DNA of 61,297 bases, filler included, from Stramenopiles sp. TOSAG23-3 (GCA_900128585.1; 18 parts of 18 records of this genome joined end to end with filler, not necessarily neighbours in it), one strand, 5' to 3'. Numbered from the whole stretch's first letter, positions 10,386 to 22,391 are shown. Made by a program: numbers and translations. Notes: generated by a model from the letters alone, not told the origin.

Positions 10386-13244
10386 ATGGCCGAGATTGCG
10401 TCTGGAGCAACGGGCCCAAACGTTGATGGGGAGAAAACCGTTGGGGAAGGAGAAAATAGCGCGCTTTTTTCCATTGGCGACTTAAATGGTGCCTTGGAGT
10501 CGTTTGAAGACGGGAGTGTTGGGGATGTAGGAGGCGAGGACGCGAGCGCTGCCAGCGCCGTTACCGTACCTGCCCCGGCAGCCACCCTCCTAGAGATGGT
10601 GTACACTGACGAAGAAGTTGCGACGCTGCAAGAAATTCTGGCGAGTGGGAAGAGCAAGTTAAAGCCGCAGCAGCAGCAATCGTACTACGCGTTCCTGTTG
10701 GACATGCACACCGAAAAGAACGCGAAGGGAACCATTAAAAACAAGAGCAAGGAACTGTTTTGCCAAGCGCTCGTCAGGCTGTACCAGGCCCTCACCCCGC
10801 GCGAGAAGCTAGCACGAACGGTCGTCGAGGTCATGCACGAAACCGTGTGCCTGTTCAGCCGAAAAATAACGAAAGAATTGCGCCGAGGGCTTGAAAAATT
10901 TCAAGACGAAGAGATGGTGGCCCATATTCGGGACTGTCGGGACATGTTAAAGTCCAACATAGAGGAGATTACATGGAAGGAGGGGGAAGATGCACCGGTG
11001 GGGGTAGTCTCTAAAAACGTTTTGAAAGTGCTCAACGACAACGTCCTCCAATGCTTGCGGCCCTTCCACTCAAAGTGGCACTACAGCAGGGTCTTTGACC
11101 TCTGCATCAGCGTGCTGACAGCCGCAATGGACCACGGTTGCTCCTCGATCGAGACTGCGGAGACGCTCGTTTCCATCGTCGCCGGCGCCGACAAGTCATT
11201 TTTCTCCATAAACCAAACCTCAAAATTGCACGGGATGGTTGCGGAAATGGGGGATCTGTTCTTGGCCAGGGATTACGTCGCTTTGTCAGAGTCGTTGTAC
11301 TCGAAAAGTTCTCGGTCTCCCATAAACGCGGAACTGGTGATCAAGTGCGTCGGCAACATGAAGCAATCGTTGGCGTTCAAGAGCTCCGCCAATAGGGAAG
11401 GCTTGGGGGATGTTGAGAAACGAGAAGCTAACTTTGCAAGGCGTACCGTGGAGCAGATGGTCAGAGTAGGAGGGCTCATCCACGAACGTTTGTTGCCCCG
11501 CATCAGGGATTCGCTTTGGGACATTGAAGTCACGAAAGGCATCTTCAAGCTTGTGGAGGACATACACCTTTACTTCGCAGCCGACCACTTGGACGGGCTA
11601 AAGGACCCCAACGACGCGGAGCTGGTCAGGGTGCAAATGGACATCAAGGCCGCGCACGAAGACATGGCTGAGGCGCTGCAGGGCGAGATGAACGGCAAGG
11701 GGCACGGCGGAAACACGTTGGAGCCGGTAGCCCTCGGTGCGTGGTGTTCCAAGCTGAAAGAAACTGTCGGGGAAGATTGCTTGTTGCAGTGGACGAAGGA
11801 GCTGACGTCCATTACGGGGGGATTGATCCCGACAGTGGACGAAGAGCAGGAGAAAAAGGACCTGTTCAAAAGGTTGGAGAAGACGTTCCGCAGGAGGTGG
11901 AAGAAGTCCCAGCTGTTCATGTTTGGCAGCAGCGGGAACATGTATGGCTCGCCGTCCTCCGACATGGACTTGTGCCTGCGCTTGAACGTAGACGACCAGA
12001 GCAAAGCAGTGTATCAAATTAGATCAGCGTTGCGCGACTACGGGGTTGGCATGGAATTCGACGATATCCAGGTGATCGCCCACGCGAGGGTGCCCCTTGT
12101 TAAGTGCAAAGAGTTGGTCACCGGGATCGAGCTAGACATTTGTGTGGACAACAACCTTGCGGTCTTCAACACGCGGCTTTTAAAGTCCTACGCGAGCCTG
12201 GACGATCGGGCCCGGCATTTAGGCTTGTTTGTAAAGAAATGGGCAAGCACACGGGGGGTAAAACGTTCCGATCAAGGGACTCTGAGCAGTTACGCTTGGA
12301 TACTGTTGGCGATTTTTTGGCTTCAAATGAACGATAACATCCCATGCCTGCAAATCGAGCCGTACGTCACCAAGGACACAAAGCGAGAGGTCCACGAAGA
12401 GTACGACGTTACCTTTTGCGGCATCGATGGCAAAATGTGGCAGGCAGCAAGGGAGAAGTGCAGAAAGTCCGAGAGTGAGTCGTTGGGCGAATTGGTGTAC
12501 GGCTTCTTTTACTTCTTCAACAACGTTTTCAATTTATCACGGGCGTGCGTGTGCCCCAGAACAGGGCAGTTGGCGCCAAAGAACCGGGTCTACGCCAACG
12601 CACGAAGGTGGCGTGTTTGCATCGAAGACCCGTTCGAGCTAGAGCATGATTTAGGCACTACGGTGTCTGAAAAGGGCCAAAAGGAGATTTTGAAGGAGTT
12701 GAAACGGGCAATGGATATGCTCGAAGCCGGAAATTCTCTTAACGACATCATCGCCGCGCGAGAAGACGGGGAAGACAATTTCCTGTCGGAAAAAATTCGA
12801 AATCGTAGGAGTGCGAAAAAAGGAAAGAAACCAAGGAAAAACCGCGTCCAGGAAGAGGAGTGGTACTGCCCCCAATGCAACACGTCTAACTTCTTGCGAA
12901 AGACAAAGTGTCGTAAATGCCAGGCACCCCGCCCCCAAAACGCGACGAACGGGGAGTCCCCCAAAATGGCTCCACAGCAAGGATTGCCCGCCGACGCCTT
13001 CCCTGGATTGCCGACGGGGAAGCCGAAACCTACTGCAGGTGTATGGGGCGCAAAAAAAAAACCCGGTTTCAACCCTGGGCCGGGGGGGGCTGCAAAGAAA
13101 CCCGCGGAAAGAATTAAGAGGATGCCTCTGACCCGGGGGGGTGGCCGCCCGGCACAAACGGGAAACGTCGGGGGGGGCACAAACCGTAGGAAGAAACGTC
13201 GGAACAAAAAGCCCAAAAATTCGGACACGAATGCAAAAAAATAA
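10386..13244 (+). CDS. Cid1/TUT-family terminal uridylyltransferase with a C-terminal RanBP2-type zinc finger
   Basis: FGSS..SSDMDLCL, ARVPLVK, LDICVDN, GTLSSYAW and IEDPFELEHDLG (PAP-associated domain). Finger WYCPQCNTSNFLRKTKCRKC at 12861-12920. First ATG is at 10386. Confidence 0.9.
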   Translation: MAEIASGATGPNVDGEKTVGEGENSALFSIGDLNGALESFEDGSVGDVGGEDASAASAVTVPAPAATLLEMVYTDEEVATLQEILASGKSKLKPQQQQSYYAFLLDMHTEKNAKGTIKNKSKELFCQALVRLYQALTPREKLARTVVEVMHETVCLFSRKITKELRRGLEKFQDEEMVAHIRDCRDMLKSNIEEITWKEGEDAPVGVVSKNVLKVLNDNVLQCLRPFHSKWHYSRVFDLCISVLTAAMDHGCSSIETAETLVSIVAGADKSFFSINQTSKLHGMVAEMGDLFLARDYVALSESLYSKSSRSPINAELVIKCVGNMKQSLAFKSSANREGLGDVEKREANFARRTVEQMVRVGGLIHERLLPRIRDSLWDIEVTKGIFKLVEDIHLYFAADHLDGLKDPNDAELVRVQMDIKAAHEDMAEALQGEMNGKGHGGNTLEPVALGAWCSKLKETVGEDCLLQWTKELTSITGGLIPTVDEEQEKKDLFKRLEKTFRRRWKKSQLFMFGSSGNMYGSPSSDMDLCLRLNVDDQSKAVYQIRSALRDYGVGMEFDDIQVIAHARVPLVKCKELVTGIELDICVDNNLAVFNTRLLKSYASLDDRARHLGLFVKKWASTRGVKRSDQGTLSSYAWILLAIFWLQMNDNIPCLQIEPYVTKDTKREVHEEYDVTFCGIDGKMWQAAREKCRKSESESLGELVYGFFYFFNNVFNLSRACVCPRTGQLAPKNRVYANARRWRVCIEDPFELEHDLGTTVSEKGQKEILKELKRAMDMLEAGNSLNDIIAAREDGEDNFLSEKIRNRRSAKKGKKPRKNRVQEEEWYCPQCNTSNFLRKTKCRKCQAPRPQNATNGESPKMAPQQGLPADAFPGLPTGKPKPTAGVWGAKKKPGFNPGPGGAAKKPAERIKRMPLTRGGGRPAQTGNVGGGTNRRKKRRNKKPKNSDTNAKK

Positions 13245-13414
13245 AATATGTTTTTACGTATGATAGAAGTAAGACATAAAAACAAGAAAATTGGCTGCTA
13301 TTTAAGCAATTAAAATAAACTCCAATGTTTTTCAATTGCGAAACAAAAATTTAACGAAGTTGATCGGCGAAGGCACTGGTCTAGGTAAACTATTTTTGTT
13401 TTTTTAAAAAGTAT

Positions 13415-13587
13415 TTAGCAGCATATACACAGCCTGTCCGCGTTTCTCTGCGTGCACTCACAGATCCGCCTGGACGTCCTCTTCTTTTCGCCACCGGCGA
13501 CGTCCATGGTTCGAGCAAGGGACCGGAAAAACGCTCGTCGCAGGACTTTCACCGTCTTCGGACTCAGCGACTGCCACTTGTACGCGG
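13415..13587 (-). CDS. 3' end of an unknown gene, cut by the contig edge
   Basis: GC-rich stretch open from the edge: AYKWQSLSPKTVKVLRRAFF...RLCICC*. Confidence 0.35.
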
Positions 13588-13687
13588 NNNNNNNNNNNNN
13601 NNNNNNNNNNNNNNNNNNNNNNNNNNNNNNNTTAATTAATTAANNNNNNNNNNNNNNNNNNNNNNNNNNNNNNNNNNNNNNNNNNNN

Positions 13688-14295
13688 CAGATCCTTTGCT
13701 GGACTGGGTCTACGGCAATCGCGCCGAGGACGTGTACAAGCCACTCCCGGCAGAACCCACGGCGCACAGATTGGGGTGGTTTCGGTTCTTAGCTGACTTC
13801 ATGGTCCAGTTCGGGTGTTTGCGAGGCGGAACGTACGCGCTGGTGGACCCGGAAACCCGGAAAGTCGTGGCTGCTACTGTTACAGCACCACCGTACACTG
13901 TACATAGTTCAGTCCTGACGTGTCACCAGAAAGACCTTCGCAAGGCGGGCATGGGGATGGCTGTCGAGGTCTTAACTCATCCACGGATGAAAACACTGGG
14001 AATTTGGCAAGACAACATGCAGAACAAGCTTGGCCTTGGGAATAAACACTTGAACGTCATCATGTTTGCCACGGCACCCGAGAGCCAAAACCGTGGCTGT
14101 GGGTCAGCGCTGCTTCGCTTTCTTGGCGAGGTGGCGGATGCTGACGGCGTCCCGAGCCTTCTTGAGACGGCGGGAACAAAAAATATGAGTTTTTATGCCA
14201 GTAAGGGTGGGTACGAAGAGTACGCACGGCAGCCCGTAAAATCATTTACGTACGAGGGTGGCGGTGTCGGAATGCGACGCCCAGCACGAAAATGA
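13688..14295 (+). CDS. GNAT N-acetyltransferase, 5'-partial
   Basis: FATAPESQNRGCGSALL (acetyl-CoA-binding motif A) and LET...NMSFYASKGGY. Frame open to the contig edge. Confidence 0.85.
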
Positions 14296-14746
14296 CCCAC
14301 GAAAAACGCTTTAACATTTTCGCATAATTGTATTAGATAACACCCCGACCCTATGGAACAAAGGAGCGGTTGTAAAACCATTGCGAAGGGTACTGTTCCA
14401 ACACCAAAATTCTTACAAAGCGCTTTAAGAATTATTAAATTGTTTTGTTTTTAAATTAAAGGGAGCTGTACACTTGGAAGAGGACACCTGAATGTTTAGC
14501 TTTTTTCCAAATGCATTCTTTCCTGCTTAGATTTCCGTACAGAAAGGGATTTGGACATAAAAAATCCCTTCTCATAACGTACCATGCATTTCGTACTTGA
14601 TGTAAAGAATTAAGAAGAATTCTTGAATTTGTTTTAATTATTTACGATTTTTACGATTTAAGAAGAGGAAAGAGAATGATTATTATTGTTCTTTATTACT
14701 GATGAAGATGCACACATCGTTAATGCGGTGAAAACTGCAGTTATTT

Positions 14747-15424
14747 TTAAAATAACCGACCAGTCCACTCGCCACTCAAGCACATCGCCAGCATGATCGC
14801 TGAGGTTCCAAGAAAGTAATGGAACCAGTTCTCATTACGAACGTTCAACAGAAAGCTGTCACGGGCATCACCGATTACCACCGTTCCGACCAGGAAAGTT
14901 GCAATCGATAAGAGCTGGTAATGGTTTTCTTTCCTCATTGCATCCATCCCCAGAAGGGCGACAAAGAAAAATACATTTACTACTACCGGCATGACTTCCT
15001 TCATTGTCCCATGGAGAGATTGTGCCATGATGTGGCATAGCGACAGCCCAACAATCACAGCGCCGTCCGATGGTAGCTCGGCACCATAGTCCCCAGCCCT
15101 CCACGTGGACAGACCAATTAACGGCAAACCAACGTACGCAGCGTACTCTGCCAAACTACCGTTCATTTTTGCAAACAAAGACTCCGAGAAGCCGAAACGC
15201 AAAGTTCCCACCAACGAGGCGCACGCAACGATATAAAACCCAAGGCTAGCACGACCACTGCCGACTAGCGACGCCGCATACAGATGGGCGACCCCATTGT
15301 ACAGGTCCGATATCGCAATGCTAGGGTACAACCCACCTTGGACCGACGACGCACCTTTACGAGGCTTGCTCACGGACTTTTTCGTGGGGGTTTTACCCCT
15401 CTTTGAAGTTCGTGTGGTAACCAT
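14747..15424 (-). CDS. Multi-pass membrane protein, 225 aa
   Basis: Basic N-terminus followed by about 7 hydrophobic segments, with a C-terminal NENWFHY motif. Confidence 0.75.
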   Translation of the reverse strand: MVTTRTSKRGKTPTKKSVSKPRKGASSVQGGLYPSIAISDLYNGVAHLYAASLVGSGRASLGFYIVACASLVGTLRFGFSESLFAKMNGSLAEYAAYVGLPLIGLSTWRAGDYGAELPSDGAVIVGLSLCHIMAQSLHGTMKEVMPVVVNVFFFVALLGMDAMRKENHYQLLSIATFLVGTVVIGDARDSFLLNVRNENWFHYFLGTSAIMLAMCLSGEWTGRLF

Positions 15425-16154
15425 CTTTGTAAAAAAATATTTACCTTACTGAACGGAACTTTCTTCTTTCGTGTAATAATCCTATTGTAATATTCAACGG
15501 TCCAACTATTCAACATTATTTCGTTTTGCTTTACAATTTCATTCTCTTTTAGAATTAGTGGCAAGCAAGCTCTCAACACTCCTCTCTCAATAATACCGGT
15601 ACTACGGCACGGGTATGGAACTTCTTCTTCTTCTTTCTTCTCCTCAAAAAAAATAAAAAATAAACACAAGAAGAAGAAAGAAGAAGAAGAAGAAGGAAAA
15701 AAAAGAAGAAGAAGAGAGAAAAATAAATATAGGAAATATATCAATATTAAGTACATTAATAATGTATTATTCTTTAAGATGATAACGAGGAGGGTGTCCT
15801 TGTGGTCCTGTGCTTTCTTGACGAAAAAAAAGGAGGGACCTAATTTCAATCAAGAAATACAAACAAACCTTACTAATAATATAATAATAATAAAATAACA
15901 ACAATGTCGTTTGCTAGTCTACCAGAATAACACAAGAAAAGTAAATAGGAGAATCGAACAAATTGAGAGGAAGAATTAAGAAAGAGAGAGAGTTTATGTG
16001 TGTGCACGTGAGTTCGTTTTGTGTTACTTGCATACAGGTTTGTTTGTTTTGGTAGACTTAGCCGTTCAACAAAGCAAGCCAGCCGTTTAGCGTCCGCCCG
16101 TCCGCCAATCAACCGTTTCCTTCGGCGAGTCCAGCGGTCCGTTATTACGACAAT

Positions 16155-16844
16155 ATGCCGAGAGTGAGGAACAATTCGTTGTCCTCTTGTACATTCGCCT
16201 TATTTTTGATGAGCGTTGGTTTAACGTTCAATTGCGTGAAACATGCGGGCGCGGTAGGAATTAGAACACATAGTAAAAGCGGTAGTCTCCTACGCGCCCA
16301 GGCGGCCCAGCGTGCTAAGTTTGGCCCGGCGTTCCACGCAGACCCCGGGTCGTGGACGGCATACAGCGAGCCGTCATCGGTTTACGATGGGGGCACAAAC
16401 ACAGAGTGCCCGTACCCACCATGTCGGCAATTGCGTTCCGATTTGATCAAGTCCCAAACGCACAAGTTTAAGCGCAGAGAAGTCTTGAAAGAAGATGTTC
16501 GGGACGGCTCGAACTTTGGCGACGAGCACGATGTAGTCAGGGAAGATAGGTTGAAGCCGAGCCCGTTGAACGCGGTGGAGGGGGGGGCAAATTGTTTGAC
16601 GTGCGAGGAGGTACTGGTCGGGGAGGGGTTGAACCCCCGGAATGTCAAGAGCATGAGCGAAAAGCTTGCAAAATACCTCAAGTTTATGAACGAGAAAATT
16701 TTAAAGAGTGAGCCGAAACCTTCCGCAAATCTGAAGAAGCATATGAACAATGTGCGCCTGTGTGGCCAAGCATTTAAAGACCAGCGCTGTACAATCAAGG
16801 GAAAGATCGAAACCGTCAAGCCCGTTGCGCCAATACTGGCGTAA
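16155..16844 (+). CDS. Hypothetical secreted protein, 229 aa
   Basis: Signal-peptide-like N-terminus, several Cys, coding-like GC content. Confidence 0.7.
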   Translation: MPRVRNNSLSSCTFALFLMSVGLTFNCVKHAGAVGIRTHSKSGSLLRAQAAQRAKFGPAFHADPGSWTAYSEPSSVYDGGTNTECPYPPCRQLRSDLIKSQTHKFKRREVLKEDVRDGSNFGDEHDVVREDRLKPSPLNAVEGGANCLTCEEVLVGEGLNPRNVKSMSEKLAKYLKFMNEKILKSEPKPSANLKKHMNNVRLCGQAFKDQRCTIKGKIETVKPVAPILA

Positions 16845-17991
16845 GAATTAAAGAGTAATGTAATGCCACGCATTAAATAAAAAAAAGCAAATTATATAGT
16901 ATGTTTTAAGACTCTCATTTTATATCAAATACGCATTAAATGAAATGTTTTTATCTTAAACTGTCTTGCATTTTGTCCTTTTCCCCTCAGAATTAACGAT
17001 TGAATTNNNNNNNNNNNNNNNNNNNNNNNNNNNNNNNNNNNNNNNNNNNNTTAATTAATTAANNNNNNNNNNNNNNNNNNNNNNNNNNNNNNNNNNNNNN
17101 NNNNNNCTTGTACTAACGAGAGATGCATATATAAAAATATAAGGTTCCAATCCTTTCACCTTTTGATCTTTTACTTACTCTTTTACCTTTGGTATACCTT
17201 TGGTATATGGTATACATATTCTTTTTTCTTCACGAACGAACGCCACGATGGCCCATGCCCCACCCCAAACAATGCCAAAAATTCAATTTGTAAAAACATT
17301 ATTATTATTATTTTTTCTTTTCTTTTTTTCTTCTTTTCTTCTTCTTCTTCTTCTTCTTTAAAATTCGCCTCCCGCCGCCGGCGCCTATGTAATTATTGTA
17401 GTATATTATGTATGAGATTATGAAAAGGAGAAGAATGGAGGAGAGATGTTTTACTTTAGTATTGTGCTTGAGGTAATCTAAAAAAAAAACAAATTATAGA
17501 TAGTATGTTTTAAGTCAAAAAAGAAAAGAAAAAAGAAGGTAAAACCGTTCTAAATCATACTGAGAAGACAGTAAATCTTAAAACAAGACATCCTGGTCTG
17601 GGTGTAAAGCGGAACGCTTTTAGAACCAGTCTGATTGCGTCCCCTGACAAGAAGTTGTTTGGGGCGAGTGACGGTAAGGCATCTGCATGACTATCGCTAC
17701 CATCGCACCCCCATTTGGATGGTACCGCGTTGAACCATTCCACTAAGCGGTGCCGGTTTATTTATTAAAAAACAAGAAAATTGGCTGTTATTTATTATTT
17801 ATTTAAAATCAAATTTTTTCTTTTTTTAAATTTAGCTTCCTCATATACCGCGAAAATGAATCTACTCAGCTTTTGTCCACATTTGAGGTTTACATTTTTC
17901 TCTTCGCCTTTATTGCTCGCCTCTGTCTTTTGGTGTATGCGCACTTGCAATGGAGTCGAAAGACCTGGAGAAAACAGCGCATAAATGCAGT

Positions 17992-19461
17992 TTATTTTGC
18001 ATCTTCTACCACAACAACTCTGCCTGCGGGAACAACGGCAGCTACTACCCCGCCATTGGCACCGGCATCGCCGTTGTGCGGGACTTGTTGCGCTTTGAAC
18101 ATGAAATACGCACTCATCAATCTCAGCACCGTGCACAGTGCGTGGAATAATGTGCATATCAGGATGGTCGTGGCCAGGGCTTCAATAATAGCCGACAATT
18201 CCGAGGACAGCCCAGTATCATCGCACACTTCTTTCACGGCGATCAACGCCCCATGCAGTTGAGCGTGCAAGATGACTTGAACAAGGCCCCAAATGGCAGC
18301 GATAACGCTGAACATCATGCCAATTTTGTTCTTTTCTCGGTAGCCACCGCAGCACCCCTTGCAGCAGTTGCATGCAACCATGGAGAAAAAGATGACACCC
18401 AACAGTGCGAACAAATTGTTGGGCCAGAACATACTGAGAATCGTCGTCGCGGCTTGGCACCCTAAAATACCAGCTTTCTTTAGTTTGGCACAATTTTCAT
18501 CATCATCGCAGGCATTTAAACGACGGCCCGCATGCCTCGTGTGGAGAAGGCTTTTGATTTCTGCTTCGTTGATTACTTTGCTGTCGTATTCAGGAATGAT
18601 GAGTTTTGCATATTTGTCGAACCAACGGACAGGAGTGGCCTTAGTCAGTCCCGTGATGGCATGGGTCCCCTTGTTGCTTTCTCTCAACAGCCGGCGATAC
18701 GCCTTTTTGCAAATTCCCATGTTGTTCGCCGTTGGTGTCCTGTAATAGGCACATTGCATGATTTGTACGTTGTACTGGGCATTGTTCGTGTGACCACCTG
18801 TGTTAAAATACAACGAAGCAGCGCCTCCTGTACTGTCGCAACTACAACCTGCTGGCTTCGAGATGTCGGACACTTCCTCCGCTGTCGTATTAGCACAGTT
18901 CAATGAGGTCGCTGCTGCCTCGCAGTCTGCTTTTGTTTTTGGATTTTCATAATTAGTACCTAGAGTAGAGCACTTCGTTTGGCTCTTATGGTATTGCGTT
19001 TGAGCACCATCCGGATTGTATCTAACCATGGCATTGCTGTTCATACTGTTAAAAACCAAATCGTCGGAACCAGTGAGTTTATCGCATATGCAACCCTTGG
19101 GTAATGTTGATGATGTCACCGTCCTGGCACTCTTATCATCACATAACCCAGACTTCGATGATACAGCAGTAGCACACTCAGCGGCGGTCGAGATGTCGTA
19201 AGCACCTTCATAGCTGCAAGTTAGCCCTGTAATCTCGATATATTTCCAATTATTACCGGAACTTCCTTCTGTCGTCGTGGCCCCTTCTGTCGTCGTGGCC
19301 ACTGCAATGGCGCACACAAGTACCGCGCAAACAGCCACTGCAACATACAGGATTACATTTATGACCAACAAGATAATCTCCGTGGTCAAAGTGCAGCATG
19401 CTGCCGACCGAGATTTCTTGTAGGGAGGATCTTCATTATGTTCGTCTCCGCAGCAACACAT
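17992..19461 (-). CDS. Membrane protein with a Cys-rich repeated ectodomain
   Basis: N-terminal TM, two Cys modules (ECATAV..LPKGCIC and DCEAAA..KPAGCSC), then about 3 C-terminal TMs. First ATG is at 19461 (MCCCG). Confidence 0.8.
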   Translation of the reverse strand: MCCCGDEHNEDPPYKKSRSAACCTLTTEIILLVINVILYVAVAVCAVLVCAIAVATTTEGATTTEGSSGNNWKYIEITGLTCSYEGAYDISTAAECATAVSSKSGLCDDKSARTVTSSTLPKGCICDKLTGSDDLVFNSMNSNAMVRYNPDGAQTQYHKSQTKCSTLGTNYENPKTKADCEAAATSLNCANTTAEEVSDISKPAGCSCDSTGGAASLYFNTGGHTNNAQYNVQIMQCAYYRTPTANNMGICKKAYRRLLRESNKGTHAITGLTKATPVRWFDKYAKLIIPEYDSKVINEAEIKSLLHTRHAGRRLNACDDDENCAKLKKAGILGCQAATTILSMFWPNNLFALLGVIFFSMVACNCCKGCCGGYREKNKIGMMFSVIAAIWGLVQVILHAQLHGALIAVKEVCDDTGLSSELSAIIEALATTILICTLFHALCTVLRLMSAYFMFKAQQVPHNGDAGANGGVVAAVVPAGRVVVVEDAK

Positions 19462-19872
19462 GGTGTGAGTAGTTGGATGTTTGTTGGGTGTTTTCGTCGC
19501 GTTCAAATGTAATTTTGTTGTGCCACTTGCCACGCATTCTCCCTACATCCGAACTTGCCCACCACTAGTACTTTGCATGGCCAATAGTCAAGTGCATGGC
19601 CTGCCAATGAGCAACGTTGAGGGGTTGCAGTGGACGAATATATATATCATATATATCGTTGCATTAGTGCAACGACCACAAAAAAGACGTTTCACATTGT
19701 TGGATAGTCAATTAATATTACAAGGTCACAGCGTTTGTAATGATCGTTTTTCCTTTCCTGATACATGATGATTTTATGAAAGACAACATAACGTGAACTA
19801 CGATAATTGTTCGTATAAAAAAAATAATGGTGGCAGCTACGTGCGTGTTAGTAGTGTTCGTTATACAATTTC

Positions 19873-19954
19873 GTACCCTATTCCTAACCAAATTTATATT
19901 AGAGTTATAATTTGGTACCCTATTCCTAACCAAATTTATATTAGAGTTATAATT
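19873..19954. repeat. Tandem duplication, 42-bp period, two copies
   Basis: GTACCCTATTCCTAACCAAATTTATATTAGAGTTATAATT occurs at 19873 and 19915. Confidence 0.95.
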
Positions 19955-20524
19955 AGGGTTAATTGAACTCCTTTCAGTCCTCTTACTTTTGAAAACCATT
20001 TTAACAGGGAATAGTGGGTGGATGAGGCATCGTTTAACAGTCACAGTCAGTAGGATGAATGGAATACAATGCTATTGAATGCTTTTTAAAATTTAACCGT
20101 CAGTTAGACAAGTTTGTCATCAAAAATAATTTATCAAAAATCCATTCATTTTAATATATACACAGCACCTATAAAATACCACGCACAGCTATTAACAACA
20201 TAATCAAGAATAATAAAAAATATGCTAGACTACGAGGATTATGTACTTGGTGAGTACGATCGTACTCGTAACTAAAATAATTAGAACTATAATAATAACA
20301 GGGATTTTCATAACAATAGATAGGGGGAGGGAGGGAGGGAGATTCGTACAAGTGTATAATAAATTAACATTGAGATAGTATGCAGAAAGAAAGAAAAAGA
20401 GAAGTTGCGAAGAAGATGGAAACANNNNNNNNNNNNNNNNNNNNNNNNNNNNNNNNNNNNNNNNNNNNTTAATTAATTAANNNNNNNNNNNNNNNNNNNN
20501 NNNNNNNNNNNNNNNNNNNNNNNN

Positions 20525-21756
20525 ACGATCAAGTTTGGAAGGACATTTGTGGGAAAAGCCACGAAGGTTTGGAGTTCAATACGATGGACAGCGGTTTCTG
20601 CGGAACCATTCCGGGAACAAGAGAGGCGTACTTTGAATGGGGTGCCATGGTATCGAACACTAAAGATCCAACGTTCGGCGCGTTCACCATCGGCGGCGCA
20701 TCGGCCCAAATCGCCATCCCCCTTTTTACCGACAAGGCTGTGGCAGAATTCAAAAAAATGAAACATGAGGTCAGAGATCAGTTCAAAAACTGCGCAAACG
20801 TTTTCCTTCCCAAAGAGTGCAAGGACAAAGAGAGGAAAAATTGCGAGCCGCAGAAGAAGCTGGGATGGTTCAACAGGAAAAAGACCCATAACCCTGATGG
20901 TTCAGTTAAAAGCGTGGCTTTAGGTGACTGCCACAGGGATTTTGTCAACTTCAAGAAACGAGCGCAACTCGAGCACATTGTCGATGCAGCGTCCCTTGGA
21001 GATATCAAAGGGCTCGGTGTCATTTCCTTCCTAGGACTCAAAGGTGAAGGAGGATCCGATTACAGCGGTGTTGCTGGTGGCCTGAATGAAATCGGGCACT
21101 GGGCCGACGTCAACAATTGTGGCGCCAACCTTTGGAATAATCAAACCCAGCCGCACAACACGGAACTATTCAAGAGTTGCAAAAAGAAGTTGGAAGTTGC
21201 GCTGAAGGGGGACTACCTCTGGGCTGCGGTGTCCAAATTCTTCAAGGCGTCCGGGGTCAACGCCCAGTCTTTCTCGTACAACACGCCATCGGCCATTCCG
21301 TCCATGACGGGGTTGAAACACAACGGTGCAAAGCCAAAGACCGGCCACTCCTTAGCGACTGCGGCGGAAGCCCACTGCAGCAAAGCACTGGGCGACAACG
21401 AAGGCAACAGGGGCACATACGGGCACGGTGATTCAGGGTCGTGCGTTAAATCGCTTTACACTTCGATGTATATCACTAGTTTTTTTGATAATTCAGACGT
21501 AGAAAACAAGGAGAGCACTATGTTTCCCACGAAGCAGGGCGGAGAAGTAACCTATGACTGGGCGGATGGCGCCAAGGCCGATCTCGAAGGCAATGCCATT
21601 ACCCGAAAGCAGAAGGCCACACAATTGCGTGGGCAAGGAAAGGAACCAAAAATTGCGTTCGTTGAAGTCGATACCTCGATATACCAGAAACCACTTCGAT
21701 GGCACAGCAATTCCTACGCTGAGGGTGTACTGAGAATGCAACAAAACATGGATTAA
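20525..21756 (+). CDS. Divergent GDA1/CD39 NTPDase (apyrase)-like protein, 5'-partial
   Basis: ACR3-like GTREAYFEW, ACR4-like TIGGASAQI and ACR5-like DWADGA. Frame open to the edge. Confidence 0.7.
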
Positions 21757-22391
21757 AATTAAATATATTTAAAAAAACTAATGATATTGTATAAAAATAT
21801 ATATATACTGTTCTCGGAATACGAGCTCTTAATCAACACTTTGGTTCCTCTCTAACGTTAGTTTAAATTAATACGTTTGTTTCTCTTCTTGTGAATCATA
21901 TCCTAACCTTCAAGATATAAATAATTTAATATAATTTCTCCTTCCTTCCTTCCTTCCTTCTTCTTCCTCCTCAATATTTTAAAATAAATAATAATAATAA
22001 TCATTATTATTATTTATTTTATTTACCGGTTGACTACACACTACACAGTAGTAAAATACCGTAGAACAGCAAACAACAACACAACAACAACAAAAAATAA
22101 TAATAATTTTAAAAAAATAATAATAATACACTGTTATAATTTATTTAGTAATAATAAATAATTATTATAATTTAAACTCTACAGTATTATTGGAATTATG
22201 AATTTAGAAATTTTTTAACCGATCATTCTTATTTATTGTGGTGGATGAAAATAAACATAGAATGAACATGTGTTGAATTGCTTTTTGAAACATTGCGTGT
22301 CTGTGATTGTGTGTGTGTGTTTGGATTCATTTCAAAGTTGTTTCTAGTGAGTAAGGGTTTCTTTTCTGCCACACATTTTTTACGTACGATA

